DNA from: Nemertoderma westbladi
Lineage: Eukaryota > Animalia > Xenacoelomorpha
Direction of reading: 5' to 3'
Assembly (NCBI GenBank): GCA_032718475.1
Contig: JAUCBJ010007629.1
Coordinates: 107,047-171,046, forward strand
Length of the DNA stretch: 64,000 bases
How positions within the stretch are numbered: the stretch's first letter is position 1; each line of letters starts with the position of its first letter. The position numbers were made by a program, and so were the translations under genes. Below the pieces are notes generated by a model. It worked only from the letters and a program-made list of their open reading frames with translations, searched no databases and was not told where the DNA came from. Shown piece after piece: positions 36,702 to 49,726 of this stretch.

Positions 36702-39700
36702 ATCACATAGTTACCCTCTCAGAAACAGCGCCAACATTTCCCAAATATCGTACCGTAAAGACCTTTATGGCAAATCTTTCTTTCCAAACACTATAAAAAA
36801 ATGGAACGATCTCCCCTTTTTCAACTCGTTCACTCCCTCTCCCGACGTTTAAATCCCGACTCATTTCAAATAATGTTATCAAACCATTTTACTGTGTTGG
36901 AACCCGCAAATTTAAAATCATTGTCTGCCAGTTGCGACTGCGGTGTAGTGAATTATCTGCAGACATGGTATCCAGGCACCTTCAGGACTCACCTGAGTGC
37001 ACCTCATGCGGTTCTGCCACAGAAAACGCCTTTCACTTTTTTATAACTTGTCCGAGTTACTCTGGTGCCCACTGTACACTGAAGGTTGGGTTGGAAGCTC
37101 TGGGGGCTTCACTGTCATTAAACTCTGTATTAGAGGGACAAGGTATATCTGCGACCGATTACAACAAATATTTCTCCCTTCTAAACACCTTTATTGTCTC
37201 TACTCAGCGTTTTCGGCTACTTTCACAATAAAACAAAACCATTAGCCCAAAATATTTACTTTATTTACTTACTTGCTTGCATATATACCTTTTCCCTTCA
37301 ACTGTCTTTGTTAGCTAATTAAATAGACTAATTAAACTAATTCAGTTGGTAATGTAAATTAAATTTCACTGTATGTTGCTACATTATATTATTATTATTT
37401 TTTATGTTTATTGATGTGCCTTCTATTTTGTGGCTTGGTTGTGAGTCAGCGCGCATGTCGGTCTAGTATATTTTTATTTTATAAAGTTTATTGTTTACCA
37501 TATATTTACAACTGTCACTCCTAGCAACTCTAATCTGATATAATACCTAAGCTGGATATAGGGCCTTATCTGTCCGAATTGTTATTGTTATTGTCAATTG
37601 TCATAATGTGACACTGTTAAGCTTAATTCAATATAGAGTCCTACCGCTAGAGAAAAAAAAAAAAAGTTTCAGACTTGGCCAACATTAGACGGCTTTGATT
37701 ATAAGAACGTAAATCTATTATCAAACTGACCAAACTGGTCAAACTGCACTCACTCAATCCTATTCACCGCACTATTTTACTTCTGTTTACTGTCTGTTTT
37801 TAATTGTTATATGTTGATGGATATGCTGTTATATTTGGAGAATACCGATAAATAATCATAAAACCCCCAATCTTCTTGATTACTGAAGGTAAGAGGGACC
37901 AGTTACCTGTAGCAATTGCGACTTACATTATAGTGGTTTTAGTGTGAATTAAATGCTATTTCATAATCCCTACATGTGTCAGTTGCTATCCTCCTTATAT
38001 ATGATCAAATTCAGCGACGGTTGGCAGATCAGTGTGAAGTATTGTGAAGTCGTGTGCAGTAGTGTGACAGATAATAAAGCATCTCCTAAAGAATGCACTA
38101 TTTACGAAAATCAGTAGCCATCTAGTTGTGTTTAGTATAAGTCATAACTCTGTTTATATACTTAAAGCGCCACGTCCTAAAGGAACTGTTAATATTTCCC
38201 CAAAAGTGAATAATATTGTCAGAGATTATATAGTAACGATCAATCGAATAATACAGTAGGTCTGCAACGCAATAAATTTCAAAGCACCCGAATCCAGTCT
38301 CCCTTAACTGTGGGTGAATGATCGTGCATAGACTGGCTTCGGCTAAGGTTACTTCATGTGCATTGAATAATTGTTATAGGCTAAAGTCGATTTATAAACA
38401 AGAGGACACCTAAAATTGGCAGGTTAAACTGCTAAAGGTCTGAAAGTGCGATTAATAATATATTTTTAGTTTCTTTATTGCACCGTAGGCAATAAAGTCG
38501 AAGGTACCGTTCGAATGGTAAGCTGTAGGCCCAACTGCCCAACTACCCGAACCGGTACTTACAGGTACAGGTATTATTCGATTTTGATAATTATATACCG
38601 GTAGGTCTTGATATTTAATCAGGGACAGCCGCCCTGGTTTTTTATTGTGATTTTACTTATTTCTGTCAGTTTTATATATCTGCAAGTGTAATATTGAGCA
38701 GAAAGCGTGTAAGCCCGCTCAAATTGTACAGATAATCTGTAGGCTAGATTGTTGTTTGACTGTTGTTAAGTCTGAAGAGATTGCAGTGTGTCTAGAGTGT
38801 AATTCCGATAAAGTACTAGTTAGGAAGGTGGGGGCATCCAGTGCTGTAAGGTAAATCCCCCCTGAAAGAATAAGTCGTACTACTCGGTTAGAACGCATAC
38901 TAACTAACCATTTCGGAGTCTGCATAAACTGTAGTTTATTTAGGCTTGATAGTAGTCTGCCAGCTTTTGGTCTGTAATTTGTTTGTGTAGTCTGCACGGG
39001 TAGCGTAATATTTATTATTCAGAGTATATGCGAGTATTCGCAACCTACATAACTCCCCAAATTTATTCCTACAGTAATTGTGCTTGTTATACATACTGTT
39101 ATAGTTAAATTAACCCCGGTACTACATCAGGGCTGCTTGGCATAGGTAAAGACTGGTGATTGTATGCTCTAGTCACTCCAGCAGATACTGTGGTTCTTTT
39201 AGCTGTACAAGTATATTTAACTGCTGGTTATTTGTTGTATAAGTACTTGTACCTAATTTAGGATTTAGTGTACAGTACTTTCCGAAGATAATTGGTGTGT
39301 AGGCGGTATATTTGTGTTGTAAAGTGGTTAATAGGCACATTAGCTCTGGTTGGCTGCGGTAATTAACTTCTAGGTAAGGACACTCCGGGTACATAACGTA
39401 GTACTTATAGAGCTGAAGAGCTAAAGACTATAAGTCGTCAGATGGTGGTATTTTCTTATCTGGACAACGCAATTTATTTACTATTGCTTAATTATTTTCA
39501 AATACTGTAGTTTCCTGTCCGCTTGTAAGAACCAGAAATTCTAACTCCTTGTTAGACTGGTTTGTAGATTTCCTGTAAAATTACCCTGAAATTTGTATGT
39601 GTAATTTTTGGTGTTTATTTAGAGATTGTAATCTCACACAGTAATTGTATGTAATTTGTAGTAATAAGTAACTTAGTAAAGTAGAATTATTTGTTTTAGT

Positions 39701-41099
39701 GTCTAACAAGTAGCACTTCACTGAGAGCGTTCAGCTTCTGTGTAGTGACTCCTTACCAGAAATAATAACATTTATTTCAAACATTGACAAAAACCCTTGT
39801 ACGGGTACATAATATATTATAAATCAACTCAAACCGATTTATAAAATAGTAGGCCTGTTATACATCAACTAGGTCTTAATATCAGTTGGACTACTGCTTA
39901 ATAACAGTAATAAAGTAAAGGAAAGCAACCCTAAAATTCAGAAATTCAGTTATTCTAAAATAATTGACATTACCGGTATTTATAGTAGGCTTATTATATT
40001 TATTTCTATAAATTTGGCTGAGATTATATACCGGTATTCTGTAATTAATCCTAGTTTATAATCATACTTATATATACTATAAGTGTATGCTGTATACCGG
40101 TATTTACGGTAGGCTTATAATATATATTTATATAAATTTATGCTGAAATTATATACCGGTATTCTGTGACAAATCCTAGTCTGTAATAATACTTATATAT
40201 ATACTATAAGTGTATACCGGTATTCTAATATATTATATATATATCGCGTTACATTGAGTAACGATATCGGTAATTAATTACTAGGCTTACAGTTGATACT
40301 GAATTACTAGACTTGCTTTAACTGTCGTTTATAGTAGTAGGCATTCAACTGTACAATCAAACATGACTGACACAAAGCAAACTCTGTCGGATAGTCTCCT
40401 AGAAAGAACAGTCTGCGACTCCGACAGGAGTGCCGAACATCTGAGACCGAAGTCCAAGTCCCCTCCTACTGTAAGTAAGGTCATCCCTTCAGTAGTAGTA
40501 TCAGACCCTAGGCTAGTCAAGCACCGCATTTCGTATTTGTTGTATGAATGAAGATTTTATATTTACATATTATTTGCAATAAGTTGTATGCAATAAGGCT
40601 AAGCAGTGATAAGTTTTTATATTTTAGGCCCCACTTTAATTTAGATATATTTTAGTTTATATTTCTATTGGTGAAAACAGTCTTACTTACTGTTTTCATG
40701 GAGCGGTGTGGAAATATTTCACTGTAAGTAGTTATTTGTATTCAGTATTCAGTATTTAGTATTATTCAGTATTCAGTAAAAACGTTTAAAATCTGATATA
40801 TGACTATAGTTTTCCACCTGGTCCAGTAGCTTGGTAGGTTAGCGCATGTTGTATATGGGACAGGTTGAGGGTTCAAATCTAGGTTGGTAAATATATTTTT
40901 TGTGCAAACTTTATTTCCGTTTCATTTAAATTTAAATAAGCCAATAATGGAGCGTTTACAATCCGCTTATCATCAGATTAGTTGGGCCAATCATCAGTGT
41001 TTAATAATTTATTGGTCCAATGTGAGCCCATGGAATGTAGTAGAAGGTTCTAGTGCAATTAGAAGCTCAAGTTTTCTATATAAGGTGCTGTTTGCCCTT

Positions 41100-41210
41100 C
41101 AGTTATCAGTGTATTAATTAGTGCATTCCTTAGTATCAGTGTATTCCTTAGTGTCAGTGTATTCCTTAGTATTATGTATTCCTTAGTATCAGTGTATTAA
41201 TTAGTTTGTC
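41100..41210. repeat. 18-bp minisatellite (tagtatcagtgtattcct) with an inverted remnant at ~42170-42205
   Basis: Direct inspection of the tandem units and their reverse complement. Confidence 0.6.
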
Positions 41211-42785
41211 AAGTAAATTTGTTCATTGCTTAAAACTATTTGATTACGTTAAATATACTAAAAACTATACTATGTAGTTTTTGATAGTATCTATCTCGAT
41301 CGGCCGACATTGGATGATGGTGCCTAAACCTTTAGGACACAGCTACGCAAGGGGGAGGAAATGTCCACATTGCGTAAGGAACCTGCATCATTTAGCCCAC
41401 GCCCTTTAGAACATGACCAATCAGCCTGAGGAGTATGCCCTTGCCAGAGGTAAGACTTTGTTCGACACCTTTGCCCTCTGTAAGACCTTAGATCAGGGTG
41501 AAGTGTGACGACGTCCTGGGACGCCATAAATTTTATGAATCAAATATCTTGAAACCAGACAGAAACCTGCGGTAACCTTGCATCACTTACAGGTGCTAAC
41601 CAGGTTGGTACTGACCAGGTGCAAACCAGGTCAGCTGAGCAGTGCTGTTTTCGGGACGTTTAGGGTAAGCTAGGTGCAAACACTTCATAATTTGGTTACT
41701 CTACCATACTAGAAATTCAGTACTGGTTAGTGCTGTAGGCTTTTCTGCTAACTGCTCTGCCTGAGTTCGACATATTTACTCAGGCAGGAGGGCAGCATTC
41801 TGCTACCAGCACGCATTTGGCTAAAGGACCGTTACTAACATCTACTGCGCCCTTGCCACGTACTGCTAGGTATTTGTTGCATATCGCCAAAGCAATAAAG
41901 TTTCTAGAATAAATAACGTACCAGAACAACTAGTGGCACGGTAGCAAACTAACAACCTATTTCTCTATTTCACAATCAGAATCTGGTATCTGAGCCAATC
42001 GAGGGCGTATATTATTATACTAACACCTTAATTGCCCAATCGAGTTGTGAATATAGGAGGAGAGAGCCCTTTTGGAAGACACTTTGTAAGTATTGCGCCC
42101 ACTGAGCGTGACTAGCTTATTCAATAGCAACCGCCCGATATTTTGATTTGAAAGTCACCAAAACCTAGTTACTAAGGAATACACTAATACTAAGAAATAC
42201 ACTGATGTGACCAAAACTTTGCCTTGCAAACACACACACACACACGCGTCTTAGAATATTTTTCATACGTTATTCACACCTGTTAGTTATTTTGACTGTT
42301 TTTTCTGTTGGCAGTATTGATTACGCTAGTGCTGTAACCCGATGGCTCGTATTATACCCATATAAATCACACCGCGGCAAGTCTACAGTAGTTTAGGTAC
42401 ATTAACGGTCAGAAGGTAGTTAGGATTCACTGCGCGGGATTGTTTTCTCGCGAGTTTGGTCCATTTCCGTAGACTGTATGTCTGCCTCACCGGTTAAGGG
42501 ACGAACACCCTGTTTGTCAAGTTAGCCCAGGCATTTGATTCGCCCATACTGGAAGACATCAGGCACCAATCTCCCAATAATTTGTGTACTTTAGTATTTA
42601 GTAGCTACGCTGACCGTTGCATTCTATAGATTGGGCTTCCCTAGCTACAAATATGAGTACGGTTGGCTTAACACTCAGTCTGTTTAGTCTCACAGAAAAG
42701 GATCAGTTCGCTAGGCGGTCAAATGATGATTGTGAGAGTTTTTTAATGTAACAAAAAAGGGGGTAAAAGCAATTATCTAACCTGT

Positions 42786-43295
42786 GAGAAAAACACTTCC
42801 TGTACGAGCCCACACTTTATACAGTGTAATAACAGTTTTATTGTAATTATATGTTACACACAGTTATTAATTAGAGACAATCACAGAATGCAAATATTAA
42901 CGAGTGGGAGACACTCGTCAGAAATAGTGTTTCCACCACGGCTATTTCTCTATCCCCGCTCTCTGGGGGGAAAGAGTCAACACTGGGGCCATAATGGAAA
43001 AACTACTTTGTCTTATCAATTATCATCTCTGCCATTCCATGTGGCGCGTGCGGTGGCATTCTGTGATTGGCTCGCTCCTTCCTACATTACAAACCCATCA
43101 CCATTAACCAAATAATAACATCCCTAGTACTAGTTGGGAGATTGCCAAGATGCCCTTACTTCGATTTCCTACTTATATTATTAATATTGAATCTAAAGTC
43201 GTTATATTGAATGGGGCGAGCCTTAAGGTCCTTTACAACGTTTTGAGAGAGGATAAAACTACTTTGTTATATATATCATCATTTCTTTCGTTACA
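42786..43295 (-). repeat. 3' LTR of element C (distal end truncated)
   Basis: Matches 53858-54367 and starts TGTAACG on minus just after the PPT. Confidence 0.92.
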
Positions 43296-43755
43296 AACTC
43301 CCCCCAAAGTTAAGCTTGCTAAACTTTCAACAACAAAAAAAACAAAGAAATGATTTTGTACCAAAACTATAAAACCACCTCATGTTAGGATCAATTAAAT
43401 TTAGCAATGATTACATTAGATATACCACACCACACTATATATATTTTGTTTATTTTCATGGCTTCCAGCCAGTCAACTATTTGCCAACAAGGATGGTAAA
43501 CTTCCATGAACATTTCTTGGGGCCCATGTCGCCTACTGGTTTCATTTCGCTCACGCAAAATGATAAAAACTTTTACAAAATTCAACGACCAAAGGCTAAA
43601 GGCTTGCAGCAGTAGGACAAAACTCAGTCCAAAATAACAACTAAAATTAACAAAGGGATTAAGTAAAGAGCTGACAACTCATCGCTGTTATCACTATTGG
43701 TGTCATTTAAATTCCGTATGAGTCCGCTTTCGTCAAGGTATCCTTGGCAACTTGG

Positions 43756-44218
43756 TCATACTCCCGCGTACCCGCTAGTCTCCACCATATATCTCTGGGG
43801 ACCGACGTCGGCCCGTACAGCCACCAGGGTTATAATCGTCAAACGGCCGTATACCCGAGTACAGGGAGCGAGGGTGTACATATTCGCAAACTTCCAATAG
43901 AACGTGGACTCCATAGGATTCCTGGTAATCCGCCGCCTCATCCCGCGCGTATTCCACGAGCATTAAATAGTCTGTTAGTAACCCAGCGACCGAGGCACCA
44001 ACACCTTCCTCTAGGTGGAACAGACGGGTTATCGACTGCACATCCGTTTCGTGGAGTTTCGATTGGATGAATTTCTCGACGGCCAGAATGACTCCATCGG
44101 TTCCCCGTAACGCCACGATAGTGCCGTTATTCTCCACCGCTTTCTGAGCGTACTCCACTTGGAAAACTTTACCATCCAGAGAGAACTGCGACGCAGAAAG
44201 ATCGTAATCTGATCCCAT
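43756..44218 (-). pseudogene. PSMA3: Captured 20S proteasome subunit alpha type-3 (alpha-7)-like sequence, intronless, frameshifted near codon 127 and lacking the C-terminal third
   Basis: YDLSASQFSLDGKVFQVEYAQKAVEN (alpha N-terminal signature), DGVILAVEK, SKL, VAGLL, ARDEA, LYSGIRPF. It continues in another frame as GPQRYMVETSG. Confidence 0.9.
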
Positions 44219-44930
44219 TAACTCATATCATATCGTAATATAACTGGTACATAAAATCTTTACTTAATCAAAGTTAATAATTTAATTTACTAATTTACAG
44301 TAAAAGTTAAAGACCTACTAATCTACAATTATTATACACCACGTATCGGTACATTTAGTGATTAAATTAAATTTCTCGAAATATTTAAGTTAATTTTAAT
44401 TTATTTATGTTACTTTTTTACACACAAATATATAAACTCATTCACAAACATAATATCCAGATCACGGATGGGAGACTTTAAGAGCCCGCTCCCCCCATGT
44501 TCCTAGGACCTCCGTTAATTTATGGTTAATTTAACCGTTTAAAATCCCCAGGGACATCTCCCTACTGTTTTGGGAAATTAAATAAGGTTCCTCCGTGTTT
44601 CAACGGAGCCATATGAATGGGTCTTATTCATACCTGCCCATAATGGGATAGTTCTGTCTGTCGTTATTGACAAAACACTTAGTTTAATTTAATTAATTAA
44701 TTCATTCATCATACATTCATAATCATAAATTATTCAAATGTTATTAATATTATTTAATATCACCACTATTTAGGCCTATTATATTAATTTCGCATCACAT
44801 CACTCAAACTCACATTCATTCTAATTTAATAATTATTTTATTTCAAAAAATATGAAATCGAGAAACATAATTTAAAAACTATTGATCTACATACTAAATC
44901 ATATACCCTCCCCCCTTATGTTACGAGATT

Positions 44931-47077
44931 TTAAATACCTTGCTCAAGCAAGCAACATTTGTTTACTGGTCTTTTCACTGTCTTTTTACCACTGTTTACA
45001 GTTTTTAATTCGACGGTCCGGACATGGCCGTCCGACCCTGCGAAAGTATTTATGACCCTCGCTAATTCCCAGTCGTATTTAGATAAAGTATCTTCTGTCA
45101 CCAGTACGAGATCGCCTGGTTTCAAGTCACGGCGTTCTGTGCGCCATTTTTGTCTAAAGTGGAGGGTTGGGAGATATTCCAAGATCCATTGTTTCCAGAA
45201 TATTCGACTAATCTCTTGGAGAACCTTCCACTGCTTCCTGCTATACAAATCATTCTTGTCAAACAGATTTCGGTTTATTATCTGAACTGGTTTACCCATC
45301 ATCAAGTGGCTGGGTGTAAGCACTTCGTAAGAAGAAGGATCGTCGGTTGTCACGCTAAGTGGACGTGAGTTCATAACGTTTTCTGCCTCAGCAAAAACTG
45401 TACGCATTTCATCTTCATCTATACATCTGTTTCTAGTCGAAACCTCAATAATACGTTTACAACTGCTTACCAGTCGTTCCCAAACGCCTGAAGAGTGTAT
45501 GGATGTGATAAGGGGTATGGAAGTGCCACTCAATCTCCTTGCTGTTTGCCATAGCTCTAACTTCTGATGATCTGACAGCCTGATATAACTTTTTTAATTC
45601 CTGGCTGGCACCAACGAAGTTTGTACCATTATCGGAACTTATTATCTTTATTCCACCGAACCTAGAACTAAATTGACGGAGCGCGTTTATGAATGCGCTA
45701 GCGCTAGCATCTTTAATTAACTCAAGGGCTAAAGCTCTTGTGGTATAACACACGAAGATGCCTCCCCATCTCTTCTCGTACCTCCTCCCTACTTTAACAT
45801 TTATGGGACCAAACAAATCTACACCCGCATTGGTAAACGCTGGTTGGAATGCAGTTACTCGTCCAGGCGGTAGCGGCGACATTATTTGTTGAACTCGTTC
45901 TCTTTTGATACCCCGGCAAGTCACACATTTTGCCACATAACCTTTAATACGATGTCGCACTGCAGGTATCCAATATTTTTGACGTATTCGCGATATCGTA
46001 GCCTCCACACCACCATGTAACACCGTACGATGTGCTCCCGCTATGATTTTACCAACTATAATTGAATCCTTAGGTATTATTATGGGACTTTTTGACACTA
46101 TCCCGCTGGGCGCATTTAATAGACGCGATCCTAAACAAATTAAACCGTCCCTCATAATGGGACTGAATGTTCGTAGGTTACTGTCATGGCGTATTGTCTT
46201 TCCTGCCGTTAACAAGTTCACATCGGATTTGAAACCCTCTCTCTGGGCATGCTGCAATATTGCCCACTCTGCCCCCTTAATATCAATCACAGGCTTTGTT
46301 GAACGATTCATACGGAAACGCACCAGTGCTCGTAGGTATGCTACGTGTTTGCAAGTTTGATACCAAGTGTCATCATAACAAAGGACTTGTTCAGTAGGGG
46401 TAACAACATCAGTTAAAGTGTTTACCACACCTTTCTTTAATTCAATCACATCAGGGATATTGGAATTTGTGGGAAATGTTGGCCATTCGGCTTTGTTAGG
46501 TAAGAAAGGCGGACCATGTTGCCATAAATTCTTGTCTTTCTTGAAATGAACTCCACTAACTCCTCTGGACAACATATCTGCCGGGTTTAACTCTGTAGGG
46601 CAGTAATGCCAACTATCCAACTTAGTCGTTTCTTTAATTTCTGCTGCACGGTTGGCAACAAAGGTTTTAAACCTGCGTGATTCATTTTGAATATAATGGA
46701 TGACAGTTGTAGAAACCGTCCAATAATGAGCAGGTCCAGGCATTCGTAATGCGAGTTTAATTTGTCATAGTATTCGAGTCCCTAAAAGTGCTGCCATAAG
46801 CTCCAAACGTGGTGTACGAACTATTTTCAAAGGAGTAGCCCTAGCTTTACTATAAGCCAGTCTTGTATCTCGTCTTCCTTCAGTCTGGGCAATATATATA
46901 GCAGCGCCATAACCTTCATCTGAAGCGTCGCTAAACACATGTGCCTCAATCGCTGTCATAACTCCATCAGAGAAATATGGCCTGGGGATACTTACACGCT
47001 CCAGCTGTCGCAAACTATTTATCCACGCCTCCCATCGGGTTTGGATATACTCTGGAAGGTGTTCTTCCCAACCTACC
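44931..47077 (-). pseudogene. pol: Element C RNase H and integrase, frameshifted
   Basis: HVFSDAS..GYGA, PRLELMAA, NPADMLSRG, HHCC (AHRTVLHGG...CVTC), GVDLFGP, SDNGTNF, GVWERLV, NSRPL, DGHVRTV. Confidence 0.93.
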
Positions 47078-48276
47078 TGTTCGCGCTTTTAGACCTTTAG
47101 CAGTTTAACCCGCTAATTTTAAGTGTCTTTTAGTTTATAAATCGACTTTAGCCTATGACAAGTATTTGTTACAAATAAACACTACATTAGCCGAAGCCAG
47201 CCGATGCGCGATCATTCACCCGCTGGATATACCCGGAGGCTGGATTCGGATGCTTTGACCTTATTGCGGTGTAAGCCTACTGTATTATTCGATTGATTGT
47301 TAATATAATCTCTGACAAATATTATTCACTTTCGGGAAATATTAACAGTTCCTTTAGGACGTGGCACTCTAAATATGTAAACAGAGTTATGACTTATTCT
47401 AATCACAACGGTACGGCTTATAATTCACGTATAAGGCGCATTCTTTAGGAGATGCTTAGTTATCAGTCACTCTTGCACACTACCGATACCGCACAACTGC
47501 ACACTGATCTGCCGACAGTCACTGAATTTGACCATACATAAAGAGAACAGCAATTGACTCCTGTAGTGCCTATCAAATAGCATTAGATTCACTACAAACC
47601 ACAATAATGTAAGTCGCAATTGCTATATGTAACCGGTCTCTCTAACCTTTAGTGTATCAAGAAGATTGGGGTTTTATGATTATTTATCGATATTCTCCGA
47701 ATATAACAATATTCCATCAACTGATACAATTAATAACCGACAGTAAATAGCAGTAAAATAATGCGGTGTAAGTAAGTTAAGATATGCACTGTTTTGTATG
47801 GTATGATAAGTGAGTTGAGTTTTGAGTTGATAACAGTTATACGTTTCTATAATCAAAGCCTACTAATGTTTTGCTAAAGTCTGAAAACAGAATAATTCCA
47901 CAGCCGATGTTCTGGCATAGGAAAAAACCAACACACACTGAACCCTGTGGGCCATTGCAGGTATCTTTCAACACAAGAGAAACAGCTCTCATTGGCAGAG
48001 CTCCATATTCCACAGATTCCATGAATGTCTAAATGCCGAACTATTCGGGTTTTTGCAGTCCTTAGCCAACACACCGGATGAATCACTCTGCTTGGTTGAC
48101 CGTTGCTCTGGTTGGTTGATCGAACAGAACAAAGAGGCCATACGTACAGCAAATCAGCCAATCAGCCGGTAGCTTGCATCCTTTGAGTTAGGGAGTTTTT
48201 TAGAGTATTTGAGCGCCTTGGGGGAATCTGGATTGCGAAGCAAAAGGGCCAGTTATATCCCACAAAAGCTTTTACA
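47078..48276 (-). mobile_element. Family A solo LTR (1199 bp) with 5-bp TSD CTACC
   Basis: TG...CA termini, CTACC at 47073-47077 and 48277-48281. Removing it restores ILQVGWEEHLP in the element C pol. Confidence 0.93.
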
Positions 48277-49726
48277 CTACCTGCAGAATGTAAACTTCTC
48301 TCAGAATCTGCCTACCAACCAGCGTAATGGGTGCAAGCAGGCCAAGTGGGTCATATATCCTCGCAATGAAGGATAAATAAGAATGTTTGGTATGTAAAAT
48401 AGTGTCAGTAGGTTCCAAGACATATTCAAAGGTATCAAGTGGCCGATTCCACAATATACCTAAAGCCCTGGATTCTCCACTGTCCGACATACCTTTAAGA
48501 ATGGGTTCCCTAGACTCAGCAATGCCACTGGGAAGGTCGCGGTTTTCATTTTGACCTTTTGACAGATCCTCTGATCCAATTGGACTCACAATTTGATCAG
48601 ACATAACCTTCATGAAGGTTTCAGAATTTGATATGAACTTATGTAATTTGAAACCACCCTTCTGAAGGCAATCTCTCGCTCCTTTAGCCATAATTATAAT
48701 TTCAGTTTCCGTATTCTTAGAAGCCATGCCATCATCGACATAAAAATCATTGGTAATCATGTCCCTCACCTCTGCCGTACAAGTATCGGCCTGATCAATG
48801 GGAACTTGTCTCATCGACATTGTAGTGGTGCAAGATGAATCTTTAGCCCCAAACATGTGCACCAGCATTTTAAAAACAGTTACTGGTACCTTTTCATCAA
48901 GGTTGTCTTCCTCACACCAGAGGAAACGAAGGCTCTCTGTATCTTCTGGATACACCTTCACCTGGTGGAACATTGCTTCCACGTCACACGTGAAAGAAAA
49001 AATCCCACTCCTAAATCTCAATAAAACATCAAGACCAGTATTGAAAATATTTGGCCCTTCAACTAAATAATCATTAAGACTCCAGCCTAAATAGGTCGCT
49101 GCCGCATCATTAACCAGGCGTATCTTTCCCTTCCGCTCTTCCCATACTACATGTAGAGGAAGATAATAAGTTCTAGGAGTTTCTGGTGTTCCCACTGGAA
49201 CCCTTACCGCCCATCCTTTATCCAGATACTTTTCAATGACAGCCTGAATAGCTGCGTGTTGTCCCGGTATTTTATGAACCTTTTGCTTAAGTTTCCTTAA
49301 TCGATTTTCTACCATCGTTCTATTGTTTATTAAAGGTTCCCCGGGATTTTTCCATAACATTTTAGTTTGATAATGACCATCGACAAAACGAATTGAATCT
49401 TTTATAGTCTGTAAAGCTCTATTATCCTCTGGAGAGTTTGCCAAAGTTGAATCGCAAAGCCCCTCACAATCTTGGTTGAAAAGGAATTCCAGATCTCGTT
49501 CGGTTCCAACATAATTAACTGACCCAGTCTTTACTTTATGGTAACATAGCTTGCTGTGAGAATCCACATGATTCGTTACTGCAGCTGCATTGGCTTCTTC
49601 TTTTGACAGGGTACATTTTGGCTGAATTATTGGATCCGTTTGAGTAACAGAATTTATAGGACCCATTACTACCCATCCAAATGGTGTTCGTTCTGCTTTC
49701 CAGTTCACTTCCCCATCTTTCCTCAA
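48277..49726 (-). pseudogene. pol: Element C reverse transcriptase
   Basis: YYLPLH, KIRLVNDAA, SLNDYLVEGP, DVEAMFHQV, FGAKDS, FYVDDG, IYDPLGLLAP. Confidence 0.93.

Larger units (their letters stand above)
32668..37231 (+). pseudogene. LINE ORF2: 2A-like motif, APE endonuclease, Pro-rich repeat, RT and CCHC finger; frameshifted after ~35250
   Basis: GDIESNPGP; APE motifs NVRSL, VTETW, GGVGLFI, LGDFN, SCIDL, SDH; RT KAFDRVWH and LFADDT; FIRPKLEYGCAVW; C-terminal CTSCG...HFFITC. Confidence 0.92.
24138..37665 (+). mobile_element. Putative full-length CR1/L2-group LINE (ORF1, nested insertions, ORF2, poly-A)
   Basis: ORF1 starts 270 bp after the left junction. ORF2 and an A13 tail end at the right junction. 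The block is flanked by a ~200-bp direct duplication. Confidence 0.6.
23572..40520 (+). mobile_element. BEL/Pao family A copy 2: LTR split by a LINE block, leader, and gag start truncated at ~40520
   Basis: LTR begins TGTAAAAGCTTTTG at 23572, stops at 24137, resumes at 37666 and ends ~38453. Gag start MTDTKQTLSDSLLE at 40363 matches the 6480 ORF. Confidence 0.85.

Noticed and set aside
40820-40890. tRNA gene (also 20510-20590)
   Set aside because: Only degenerate A/B boxes are present and I could not fold a cloverleaf; at most SINE heads.
42770-42790. TSD for element C
   Set aside because: The left flank does not match the right flank ATGAT, and the rest of element D is missing on the left, consistent with a deletion that clipped the 3' LTR.
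42888-43115. Identical 75-aa ORF in two places (also 53960-54187)
   Set aside because: It lies within the two LTRs, antisense to the element; identity reflects LTR youth.
43775-44218. Functional host PSMA3 gene
   Set aside because: It is intronless, frameshifted, lacks the C-terminal third and lies between the two LTRs of a retrotransposon.
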